Positions 1 to 10,864 are shown, counted from the stretch's first letter. The stretch is DNA of 64,000 nucleotides from Octopus sinensis (GCF_006345805.1 NC_043011.1:62001-126000), one strand, 5' to 3'. Translations and numbers: made by a program. The notes: a model not told the origin generated them from the sequence alone.

Positions 1-48
1 ATCATTCCGTCTTGTTTCTGCGCATAGAAATTATAAAGCCATATTCTA

Positions 49-613
49 TTGGGTTGTCCGGAAAGTTTGTGCCGATTTATAGCAGTTTACCTTTCGACCT
101 ATTTTAGAACATGGTTGAGTGCATAAAATAGGATTTGACAACATATCCATTTAGAGCACAGTTTAAGCTATCTTTTCGTGGAAGAAGTTTTATGTTCCTA
201 TAACCTGTGTTAATTCTGTAACCCTTTAAAATGGAAGAGTAGAAAGTTCATTTACGGCACTTGATGCTTTGGGAATCAGGCAAAAATTGCTGCAGCTTGG
301 CTGGGATGTGTTACCCCACCCTCCATATTCACCAGACATTGCTCCTTCGGATTTCCACTTATTCAGGTCTCTGCAGAATAGTCTCAATGGTGAAATTTCA
401 ATTTCTTGGATGAGGTAAAATGATACCTTGATGAATTATTTGCCATGAAACCACTTCAATTCTGGGAAGTGGGTATTTTCAAGTTAAAGTAAAGATGGAG
501 ACGCATTGTGCAACAGAATGGTTCATATTTGGCTGATTAAAAATGCAATGGCATGTATTTATTGACCTTTTTCTTTCCTTTAAATATCGGCACGAACTTT
601 CCGGACAACCCAG
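49..613 (+). mobile_element. Internally deleted Tc1/mariner element (MITE-like derivative)
   Basis: 28-bp TIRs TTGGGTTGTCCGGAAAGTTTGTGCCGAT (49-76) and its complement (586-613) with 2 mismatches, and flanking TA at 47-48 and 614-615. The transposase start MEE*KVHLRHLMLWE (231-275) is fused to the C-terminal RQKLLQLGWDVLPHPPYSPDIAPSDFHLF motif (from 278). Confidence 0.93.
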
Positions 614-1164
614 TACAATGCACCCATAAACAAGCGATCCGAAAGAGATTTGGCTGCTACTTCTAGCTGGCCGGTTACTACACATAACCTTCTTCCTGTC
701 CTTATCGTTATTGTTGTTATATAGCCCAAGGCTTAGCTTTTTTGAGCAGCTTATGATCATCCTATAGTGTAGACAACATGGCTGCTGTTTTTTTTTTTAA
801 TATGGCTGCCACAGCTATCAACGATTTAAGCTAATTTCTACAATCACCCCATTAACATTTTAGCCTTATCCAAGAACAAACCCGCTCACCACCACAACCC
901 TCACACCACCGACACTTGCCTACTCTCCTCTCCCTTCACCTCCATGCCTACCCCTACTCTATCCACTTAATCCCCCCACCCCTAGTCATGACCGCCGCCG
1001 ATAGAGGGCGATAAAAACAGCGGGCACACAATAAACTGTCTACGGTCATAAAAGAGAACATTACACAGTGATATTAAGAGGAATCATTACCGACCAGTTA
1101 CTGTTCTTCATCAGTCTGTCTGCCTGCGTGTCTGCTTGCCTGTCTGTCTGTCAGTTTGTTTGTT

Positions 1165-1195
<31 letters not shown>

Positions 1196-1503
1196 TCGGT
1201 GGGCTGCTGTCTGTATATTTGTCTCTGGAGTTCTCTCTCTCACCACAGTTCCACAGCTTCTCCTACATTGTCTCAAGCTCTCCGGATTCATCGGCATATT
1301 TGGGAGTGTGTGTGTGTGTATGTGTGTATGAGTGTGTGCGTGTTTTGTGCGTAAGTATGTGTGAGTACTTCTCTGTCTGCACACACACACACGTATACAC
1401 GTATATGCCCATATATATATATATATATATATATGTAGGTCCCGGGTTGATTCGGGGTTAACCACAGTAAATAAGGTACTCAATACATAGCAGAGTAAAA
1501 TTA

Positions 1504-1645
1504 ATTTATTATATAGAAGGAGCTTCTACAGGACTAGAACTGTTTCATTCAAGAGAAATCTTCAGGAAGCTTCAGGATGCTTCCTGAAGATTTCTCTTGA
1601 ATGAAACAGTTCTAGTCCTGTAGAAGCTCCTTCTATATAATAAAT
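1504..1645. repeat. Perfect 67-bp-arm palindrome with 8-nt spacer, probably a Penelope-like terminal-repeat fold-back
   Basis: 1504-1570 is the exact reverse complement of 1579-1645; the spacer is TTCAGGAT. Confidence 0.9.
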
Positions 1646-1646
1646 A

Positions 1647-1687
<41 letters not shown>

Positions 1688-1827
1688 CTATATATAATGT
1701 ATGTATGTATATGTACAACTCTCTCTCTCTCTCTCTATCTCTGTATCTATCTATCTGTCTGTCTATCTACATATATCTATCTATCTATCTATCTATCTAT
1801 CTGTCTGTCTGTCTGTCTATCTATCTC

Positions 1828-1860
<33 letters not shown>

Positions 1861-2323
1861 TTATCTATACACACGCACGTAGACAAACAGACACACACGC
1901 ACATACACATATATATATATGTATGTATATATGCCTATACATTTCTACCTATCTATAGAAGCAATCACACGCAAGCACTCACACACACATACGCACACAT
2001 ATATGCACGTACGATCATACGTATAGTCATTTGAGTGAGTGTATCTATTTATTATGTACGTATCTACCTCACATTGTGTGTGTGTGTGTGTGTATGCAAA
2101 CAAACAACACATTCACGTATATACGGATACATACATACATACATACATACATACACATATGTACACACACACATACATATATATATAAATATATAAATTT
2201 ACATATGTATATATCTGTGCATGTATATGTGTATGTATATCTTTACAAGAACCTTGGCAAGAAAGTATGTATATATACAATATATATATAATATATATAT
2301 ACATGATACTTACATATTTTGTA

Positions 2324-2395
<72 letters not shown>

Positions 2396-2491
2396 TTAAT
2401 CCAAACAAAAAGCACAAAAAAATATAACAACGCGAGGACGTGGAACAAATATAGTATTATTGGGCGCTCAGGAAAGAAGGAAAGAAGGAGG

Positions 2492-2526
2492 GTTTAACGT
2501 TTCGAGCGGAGCTCTTCGTCGGAAAC
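2492..2526 (-). ncRNA. Degenerate minimal type-I hammerhead ribozyme motif (core CCGACGA)
   Basis: Minus strand reads GTTT-CCGACGA-A-GAGC-TCC-GCTC-GAAA-CG-TT-AAAC: stem I GUUU/AAAC, stem II GAGC/GCUC, palindromic ACGU stem III, and a U4C substitution. Confidence 0.6.
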
Positions 2527-2614
2527 ATAGGAGAAGAGAAGATCCAGGGAAGGGAAGACAGAGGAAAAAAAATCGCCAACGGTACACACGCGGTCACAAT
2601 GCATTAATACATAT

Positions 2615-2791
2615 GTATACGACGGGCTTCTTTCAGTTTCCGTCTATGAAATCCTCTCACAAGACATTGGTCGCCCGAGGCTATAAAAAAAGACACTTTC
2701 CAATGCGCCATGCAGTGGGACTGAACCCGTGGTTACGCACAAGAGTGGCTGTGCGGTAAGAAGCTTGCCTCCCAACTACATGGTTCCGAGT
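2615..2791. mobile_element. 5'-inverted tRNA-type SINE (family B)
   Basis: 2615-2734 matches the SINE body seen at 62712-63125 on the minus strand; 2737-2791 matches its head on the plus strand. Confidence 0.75.
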
Positions 2792-3079
2792 TGATAAACC
2801 CCTGATATAAATGCATGTATGTATGTATGTATGTATGTATGTATGTATGTTATGTATCTATATTAATATAAATGTATATATGTTTACATCTATGTATACC
2901 TATGTGTATATATTCTTAGTGTATGTGTTTAAAACCCAACAGAGATCGAGAGAGAGAGAGAGAGAGAGAAAGAGACGGGGGAGAGAAAGAGAAGGCGGAG
3001 ACAGAACTATTTAAAGAAAGAGATTAAAAGACGATATAACAAAGTATTGATCTCTTAAATGTTTTATTTATTTCTGTAG

Positions 3080-3579
3080 GTCACCGACACCACCACCACC
3101 ACCACCACCACCACCACCACCATCACACCACCATCACCACCATTACCAGCAAAGTCACTGCTACCATCACCACCACCACTACCACCAATGGCAACAATAA
3201 CAACAACAAAGGTGACCTCAATACAACCGGTAACGCCACCGCCCCCTGCGACACCCCCCCCCCGTAATCAACATCACCATCATTGTTAGTACCACCACTA
3301 CAAGTAGCACAGTGGACTGCCAGCAGCAGCAGCAGCAGCAGCAGCAGCACCAACACCACTACCGCCGCCATCATCACCACAACCACCAACACAAGTTATG
3401 TTAATACAGCTACGAACACCACCGCAGCCTCTACCAACAGCAGCACCACCAGCACCTCCGACAAAACAACAAAACGACAATGATAAGCAACATTGAGTAA
3501 TATCATTACCATTATCATCATCATCATCATCATCATCACCACCACAAACATCATCATCATCATCATCACCACCACCACC

Positions 3580-3637
<58 letters not shown>

Positions 3638-3720
3638 ATCATCATCATCATCATCATCATCATCACCCTCATCCTCATCATCCTCCTCCTCATCATCATC
3701 ATCATCACCATCATCATCAC

Positions 3721-3797
<77 letters not shown>

Positions 3798-3889
3798 CCA
3801 CCACCATCATCATCATCATCATCATCATCATCACCCTCATCCTCATCATCCTCCTCCTCATCATCATCATCACCATCATCATCACCATC

Positions 3890-3921
<32 letters not shown>

Positions 3922-3933
3922 CATCATCACCAC

Positions 3934-3979
<46 letters not shown>

Positions 3980-4110
3980 GTCGTCGTCAGCAACACGAAG
4001 AACCTCAACTGCAATGACACCAACACTACTCCGCCAACAACAGAGGCAAAGAACCTCCATACCAGGAACACCACCACCACCACCACCGCCACCACCGCCA
4101 CCAACACCAC
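3080..4110. repeat. Compound trinucleotide microsatellite block (CAC/CAG/CAT)n
   Basis: Direct reading; source of the poly-His, poly-Met and poly-Asp pseudo-ORFs. Confidence 0.95.
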
Positions 4111-4189
4111 CAGTAATTAGTATTGATAACACGTGAGCAATCTAGTACCACCATCGCCTCCAACACCACTACTATTAATAGCATTAAGA

Positions 4190-4350
4190 ATCCTTTCTGC
4201 TATGGGCACAAGGCCAGCAATTTTTGTGGGGAGCGGCTACGTCGATCACATGGACCCTAGTGCTATACTGGTACTTGATTTTAATGAACCCGCGAGAATG
4301 AGACGCAAGGTCAGCCTCAGTGGAAATTGAAACAGACGAAATGCTGTTAA
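4190..4350 (-). mobile_element. Degraded SINE (family A)
   Basis: Diverged match to the family-A copy at 18712-18930 (ggcacaaggcc...gtcgac...cagacgaaatgc). Confidence 0.6.
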
Positions 4351-4361
4351 ACGTATTATTA

Positions 4362-4368
4362 TTATTAT

Positions 4369-4406
<38 letters not shown>

Positions 4407-4765
4407 CTGGTGGTAGTGGTGATGGTCGTCGTTGTCGTAGTAGTAGGAGTAATTGCACAGTAAGTGGCAAAATTTGAACTTAGAACGTAATGATGGTCGA
4501 AACGAGACGTCTTCTTCTCCTTCTTCTTCTTCTTCTTCTTCTTCTTCTTCTTCTCCTTTTTCTTCTTCTTCTTCTTCTTCTTCTTCTTCGTCTTCGTCTT
4601 CTCTTCCTCTTGTTCAGCTCTCATCTTCACTTCACTCCTCTTCTTCTCTCTTCTTCTTCTTCTTCTTCTTTCTTCTTCTTCTACTTTCTTCTTCTTCTTC
4701 TTTTCTCTTTCTTTTTCTTCTTTTCTTCTTCTTTTTCTTCTTCTTCTTCTTCTTCTTCTTCTACT

Positions 4766-4820
<55 letters not shown>

Positions 4821-4835
4821 GTCTTCTTCTTCTTG
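4362..4835. repeat. (AGT)n, (TTC)n and (ACT)n microsatellites
   Basis: Direct reading. Confidence 0.95.
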
Positions 4836-5082
4836 TATTTGAGTACTGGAAACTCAGATCAATGTAATCGGCTTAACCCCTTCTCCGAAATTGCTGACCT
4901 TGTGCCAAAACTTGAAACCATCATCATCATCATCATCATGAGCCAGTACCGTGTTCTGCCTCGGGGGTGTTTCCCTCCTATTACTTGCAATATAGGTGCA
5001 ACCCAGCAACCTCAGTCACAACTAGTGAGAACTGAACTTTTTTGGGTTTTATACAACGTTTATCATTTCGTATATATATATA

Positions 5083-5295
5083 TTTCTTTAGTGCCCTCAA
5101 GGGGCTAAACATAGAGGGGACAAACAAGGGCAGACAAAGGGATTAAGTCGATTACATCGACCCAGTGCGAAACTGTCTTTATTTATCGACCCCGAGAGGA
5201 TGAAAGCAAAGTCGACCCTCTGCGAATTTGAACTCAGAACGTAAAGGCAGACGAATACGGCTACGCATTTCGCCCGGCGTGGGTCGATTCTGCCA
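5083..5295 (-). mobile_element. tRNA-type SINE (family A)
   Basis: Reverse complement of the family-A consensus (B-box-like GAGTTCAAATTC, gtcgactttgc, cggggtcgataaa) shared with 7683-7860 and 18712-18930. Confidence 0.85.
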
Positions 5296-5320
5296 TATTA
5301 TATCCTTCTGTATATATATT

Positions 5321-5352
<32 letters not shown>

Positions 5353-5354
5353 CG

Positions 5355-5980
5355 GGAAGCTTTATGAAATAAACAAAAGACGAAGGCAGGTGGAAAAAAA
5401 CAAAAACAATTGTATTAGTATGGCGCTCAGGAAATATAATAAAACAAAAAAATCTTTAAAAGTAACGTTTCGCGAGCCTACGCTCTCAACAGAAAGATAC
5501 ACAGAGAGAGAAAAAACAGAAGAAGAGAAAAAAAATGCGTGCAGTAGCTAACGAATCAACAGGCGATCTGATTTCGGCCAGAGGTCAAAGATCAAACATG
5601 AGACGCGAGAGCGAATAAGGGGAGATAATAGGGTTGAGGGACCAGCTAAAAGTGCGTGGGAGGGGTCTGGATGTGTATGTATAGGGTTGGTGTATGTATT
5701 AGTATGTATAAGGTGTGTGTGTGTGTGTGTGTGTTATGAGAGAGTATTAGTGCGTGGGATTGGTCTGGACGTGCGTATGTATGGGGTTGGTGTATGTATT
5801 AGTATGTATAGTATGTATGTAGTACGTATTGGTATGTATAGTGTGTGTGTGTGTGTGTGAGAGAGTATAAGTGCTTATGCGGGGTCTGGACGTGTGTATG
5901 TATAGGGTTGGTGTAAGTATTAGTATGTACTAGTATGTATTAGTACGTATTAGTATGTATTAGTTGGTGTGTGTATTAGT
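5355..5980 (-). mobile_element. Non-coding Penelope-like remnant with degenerate hammerhead (5461-5496) and internal 3-copy tandem repeat
   Basis: Shares tattagtatggcgctcaggaa...aacgtttcg...gctct with 2450-2530; three copies of gggtctgga.gtg.gtatgtat.gggttggtgta start near 5664, 5761 and 5881. Confidence 0.55.
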
Positions 5981-6024
5981 ATGGCACATCATATGTGATG
6001 TGATGTGTAAAGTCATGTGGTGTA

Positions 6025-6235
6025 GTGAGGAGAAAGGGGGGGGAAGAGGGGGAGAAGGGGAGGGGAAGAAGAGGGGGAGGGGAGGTATAGGAGAGGATGG
6101 GGAGAAGGAAGGGAGGAGAGGGATGAAGGAGGAAAGAGGGAGAGGGGGAGAGAGAAGGGGAGAGAGGGAGGAGGGAGGGAGCAGGGAAGAGGAGAGGGAG
6201 GAGAAAGAGGGAAGGGAAGGGGAGTAGGGGTGAAA
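6025..6235. repeat. G-rich polypurine tract
   Basis: About 210 bp almost exclusively A/G with many GGG runs. Confidence 0.9.
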
Positions 6236-6723
6236 GAATGAATATATATATATATATTTTTGTGTGTGTGTGTATATATATACACACACATACATACATA
6301 TATATATATATGTATATATATATACATGTATATATATATATGTATATATATATATATGTATATATATGTGTGTGTGTGTGTGTGTATATATATACACACA
6401 TACATACATACATACATATATATAGATAGATATAGATATATATATATATATGTGAATATATATTATATATATATATATATACATATACATTAAATATAAT
6501 ATAATATAATATATATATATACATTAAATATAATATAATATAATATTATCACATAAGGGGGATCAGCCATCTGAATGTGGCTAGGGTCAGGGCGGGGTGG
6601 TGGGGGTGTTACTGATGCATTTAGCTTCAGGCGAACATCAACGTCACCAGAAGGGCTGACACCAACTCGGTGTCCTTGCCAGCCTGCAAAGGGAGATCAG
6701 CCTCCCCGAAGATACGGATACTA

Positions 6724-6766
6724 CACACGGACCGGTTTCGAGGTTATTGCCTCTTGTCAACGTATG
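6724..6766 (-). ncRNA. Minimal type-I hammerhead ribozyme, U3-A8 core variant
   Basis: Minus strand reads CATACG-TTGACAA-GAGG-CAATAA-CCTC-GAAA-CCGG-TC-CGTGTG: 6-bp stem I (one G-U), 4-bp stem II, palindromic ACCGGU stem III and GUC cleavage triplet. Confidence 0.78.
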
Positions 6767-6974
6767 GTAAGCACCGCTCTTCGTTGAGGGACTTCCCTAC
6801 AGGCTGGATATATAGGGATTTTCACAGGTAACCACAGTCACTGGCGTAGAAAATCCGTTCGAAAAACATAATAAATCTCTGAGCGAGATATAAACAGTAT
6901 ATATTATATATATATATAATAATATATATATATATATATATAATTATATATATATATATATATATATATTAAAT

Positions 6975-7233
6975 ATTTGTTGTGCAATTTTTTATGTGAA
7001 GTCGTGTGTTGAAACAGATATTGTTATATTTCGGAATGGTCATATTGCCAGTTTAGCCAAGAAAACAAAGACCACTGATGCGGTCACAGGAGTGTGACGA
7101 AAGAACTTTGGCCGAAATAAGACTAAGATTAATGTAAAAAATAAATATCACTGAAGCAAAATACCACCAAATATAGTGCGTGTGTTTTTATTGGCTAAAC
7201 TGGCAATATGACCATTCCGAAATATAACAATAT
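6975..7233. mobile_element. Penelope-like terminal-repeat remnant with 43-bp perfect inverted repeat and internal hammerhead-like motif
   Basis: 7018-7060 is the reverse complement of 7191-7233; hammerhead-like motif at 7070-7113; similar to the repeat at 20745-20920. Confidence 0.6.
7070..7113 (+). ncRNA. Degenerate minimal hammerhead motif
   Basis: GACCA-CTGATGC-G-GTCAC-AGGAGT-GTGAC-GAAA-GAAC-TT-TGGCC: stem I 4 of 5 pairs, stem II GUCAC/GUGAC, A9C substitution. Confidence 0.55.
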
Positions 7234-7261
7234 ATATATATATATATATATTATATACATA

Positions 7262-7390
7262 CATCCACAGGTTCCGGGTTCAGTTCCAATGTGTAGCATT
7301 CGGTCAAGTTTCTTTTGCTATAGCCTCGGGCTGACGAAAGCCTTGTGTGGATTTGGTAGACGGAAACTGTAAGAAGCCCGTCGTATATAT

Positions 7391-7426
<36 letters not shown>

Positions 7427-7670
7427 GTGTGTATATATATATATAAGTACCTGTTGTACGTATGTATATGTTTGTGTGTCTCTCCCCCACTATTGCTTGA
7501 CAATCGATGATGTTGTGTTTCCGTCCACGTAACTTAGCGATTCGGTGAAAGAGACTGAGAGAATAAGTACTAGGCTTACAAAGAAGTCCGGCTTTTACAA
7601 CTTAAGGCAATGCTCCAGTATGGCCTCAGTCATATGACTGAAGCAGCATGTAAAAGAATAAAAGAATAAA
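7262..7670 (+). mobile_element. tRNA-type SINE (family B, 5'-truncated, internal AC/AT microsatellite)
   Basis: Matches 49866-50290 and 62712-63125 (ggttcagt...ggatttggtagacggaaactg...aataagtactaggcttac). Confidence 0.85.
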
Positions 7671-7682
7671 TACATACACATA

Positions 7683-8052
7683 ACGGCGGCGGAATGCTCA
7701 GCGGTATTTCGTCTGCTGTTACCTTCTGAGTTCAAATTCCACCGAGGTCGACTTTGGTTTTTCATCCTTTCGGGGTCGATTAAATAAGTACCAGTTACGT
7801 ACTGGGGGCGATATAATCGACTTAATACCTATGTCTGTCTTTGTCTGTCCACTCTATGTTTAACCCCTAGTGGGTAAAAAAGAAATAGGTATTTCGTCAG
7901 TCTTTACGTTCTGAGTTCAAATACCACCGATGTCGACTTTGCTTTTTATCCTCTCAGGGTAGGGAAAATGAGTACCAGTTGCGCACTGGAGTCGATTAAT
8001 GGACGTACCTCTTTTCTCCGAAATTGCTAAGCTTGTGTCAAATTTTGAAACC
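7683..8052 (+). mobile_element. Dimeric SINE (family A)
   Basis: Two tandem copies of ggtatttcgtc...gttctgagttcaaat...gtcgacttt...agtaccagtt. Confidence 0.85.
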
Positions 8053-8544
8053 TATATGTGAGTGTACGTTTGTTCTGTATGTGTGTGTTCTGCATATGTG
8101 TGCGTGCGTGTGTATGTGTATACTCATTCTCACACACACACATACACACACATACACACACCCACCCACACACACACGCAGTCGGGCATATATCCTTTAA
8201 CTCATCACTACACCATAAAAACTACCGAAATCATAGATAATTATTATCACATCCAGCGACAAATACCAACTTATCACCCACCCCATTACCTCCGACTAAC
8301 GCTTCCACTCTACCAGACTCCCACTCTTGCACACTTCCACAAAACAACTTTCACACACTTCCACACGCACCGATCTTCATCATAGACTAATATTGTTTTA
8401 GCACGCCGAGACGAGAACGATAATTATGGCGATAGGAATGATAGCGAAAATACTAACAACAATTTAGCGACGAACCAGCCACCATTGCAGAGGAAAGACT
8501 TGCTTCAGCATGTAGAAAGAATTTTTGCATCCTACATAGCAATG

Positions 8545-8878
8545 TGTGGAGGCGAAACGGCCTAGTGGTTAGGGCAGCGGACTCGCGGTCGTAGGATCGC
8601 GGTTTCGATTCCCGGACCGGGCGTTGTGAGTGTTTATTGAGCGAAAACACCTAAAGCTCCACGAGGCTCCGGCAGGGGGTGGTGGCGATCCCTGCTGTAC
8701 TCTTTCGCCACAACTTTCTCTCACTCTTTCTTCTGTTGGCCTGCTTGCTTAGCCAGCGGGGTGGCGTCATTTAAAGGCTAAAACAATGCGAAGCGCATTG
8801 TGACCAGCGATGTGTTGCAACATCTGATGGCCTGGTCGGTCACGGTGATCACGGTGACATAGCAATGTATATCTGTGT
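8545..8878 (+). mobile_element. tRNA-derived SINE (family C)
   Basis: A-box-like TAGTGGTTAGG and B-box-like GGTTTCGATTCC, followed by a non-tRNA body related to 11878-12010 and 55015-55320. Confidence 0.85.
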
Positions 8879-8904
8879 ATATATGCGTATGTATCGTGGC
8901 AATC

Positions 8905-9160
8905 TGTCGGTTACAACGACGATGGCTCCCGTTGATCCGATCAACGGAACAGCCTGCTCGTGAAATTAACGTGTATGTGGGTGGATGATGCACAGACATG
9001 TGTACCCTTAATGTAGTTCTCGGTAGAGATTCAGCGTGACAAGGCTGGCCCCTTTGAAATACAGGTACCACAGAAACAGGGAGAAAGAGTGACAGATGTT
9101 GGGGATCCATTCGAATTCTTGAAGTCCACTTTATTGATAGAGGATCCATGTGTTAATTGA
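8905..9160 (-). mobile_element. Probable SINE fragment (family D); strand uncertain
   Basis: GC-richer block gttgatccgatcaacggaacagcctgctcgtgaaattaacg recognised from memory as a common interspersed repeat; only one copy in the window. Confidence 0.45.
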
Positions 9161-10864
9161 TCCTTTTGTCAAGTCTTGTTTTTATGGAGCCGAGAAGTAT
9201 CTCCACACTCCAGCAAACTTATAAATTGACTGCAGATGTCCCCCAACACTTGAATAGAATTAATGTGCGTCTTTGCATCATTTGAAGCATTCAAACTTAG
9301 TATTTAGATATATTTCTGGTTTTAGCGAATTGTTTAGAAACGTTCTTTGTTCTGCAGTTTTCTGCACTTTTCTGCAGTGGACCACCTCCATTATCGGAAA
9401 TTTTATTGAGGAAGTTTTATGATTTATAAATCAGCGAGCTTCCAGTTATGATTTTCGGTTCAAACATATTTTTTCATTAAGCAGATAAAACTGGAAAGTT
9501 TTCTGAGAAGTTTTCAAATGTTTCTGAATTCAATAGTATCATTGAAACATTATCTCTAGAATTGTGCTGTCTGTAATATCATTATAACATATCCAAGAAG
9601 TGGTTAAATTCAGATCCGTTTACTTAACGTCTGCTTCGTATATAATAACCTCTGCATTATAGAAAAAAGTCGATGTGTATTTTATTGTGTCATTATAAGA
9701 CTGTCCGGCTTCTATTTGTAAGGTAAGTTTACGGGATATAATATTCGTCATATTAACAGTACAGCTATAACTCTTTTCTAGGTAATTTCTAATAAATAAT
9801 TTCCTTTTTTCAAGGTTTCTATAGAAATGTTTATTTCTCACAAGAATAGTGATCACGAAGAGATAGGATGCCACGTGCAAATCTTTCCATCCGTACGTGT
9901 GCGTCTCTATGAATGATAATGTACGAACACGAAACTGTTATCTGCAGTAATACAAATATATGTTTAATTTTTCATGCCGCATTATAATCCAGTGAACAAT
10001 TGAACTCTTAACAAAGATGCACACACGCACGCGCGCATACCACACATGCGTATATATATTATATATATATATCTATATATAATATTATATATATATATAT
10101 ACACACATATATAAGTATATATATGTATATGCATATGCTAATGATTAGTTGTATATACATGTAAACATTTACCTATATATACGTATTTGTGGATGTATTT
10201 ATACATGTAGTTATGACTATAGATACATAGTCATTTATCCATGTTCTCGTGTATATATATATGTATGCATTTATGTATGTGTGTATATATGTACGTATAA
10301 ATATATTTGTACACACACACACGTACATACACACACATATAAATAACACATACACATTTACATAAAAGAACATGTGTGAGAAGCCCGGCCAGTCTTCCCT
10401 CAGTAAATAGTATAGATGTATATATTTTTTATCTTCTCTATGGAAGGATGTTCGAAGAATAAGAGAAAAGAACAATAGAACATTTTAACCACAATAGGAA
10501 CTGGTTTATGAATATTTTACGGTAGCCATCTTGGAGACTGTCACCGGAAAAGGTATAGCAATGCTGACATTGATAGCAGCTATCACTCACTTCCGGTTTC
10601 ATTAACTATTGACCATGAGCTTGTGCTGTTGCACGGCTCATTGCTTCGTCTTGTAATGAATCTGACGACATCTTATAATGAATATATTTATGATATGGTC
10701 TTAAGTGCGCTCTCTCGTCCGCCCTACACATAAATATATGTATGTATGTGTGTATGTATGTATGCATGCATCTGTCTATCTATCTAACTGCATGTTTACA
10801 CAAATGTATAGAATGTATGTGTGTATATATATATAAATATAAAAAAGTATAATTATATATATAT

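Noticed and set aside
3123-4132. Long ORFs encoding poly-His, poly-Met or poly-Asp (also 11911-12608, 23262-24006 and many MYVC/IYIY ORFs)
   Set aside because: They are translations of CAT/AAT/TTC/GTAT microsatellites, open in several frames and on both strands, with no domain content.
5651-5960. Possible CRISPR-like repeat-spacer array
   Set aside because: Eukaryotic context, only three diverged units, low-complexity spacers and no cas genes.
8555-8620. tRNA-like sequence with A and B boxes
   Set aside because: No proper acceptor stem, and it continues into a repeated SINE body; it is a SINE head, not a tRNA gene.
9620-9880. 86-aa ORF in non-repetitive AT-rich DNA
   Set aside because: No motif, and the best nearby acceptor site leads to stops in all three frames.
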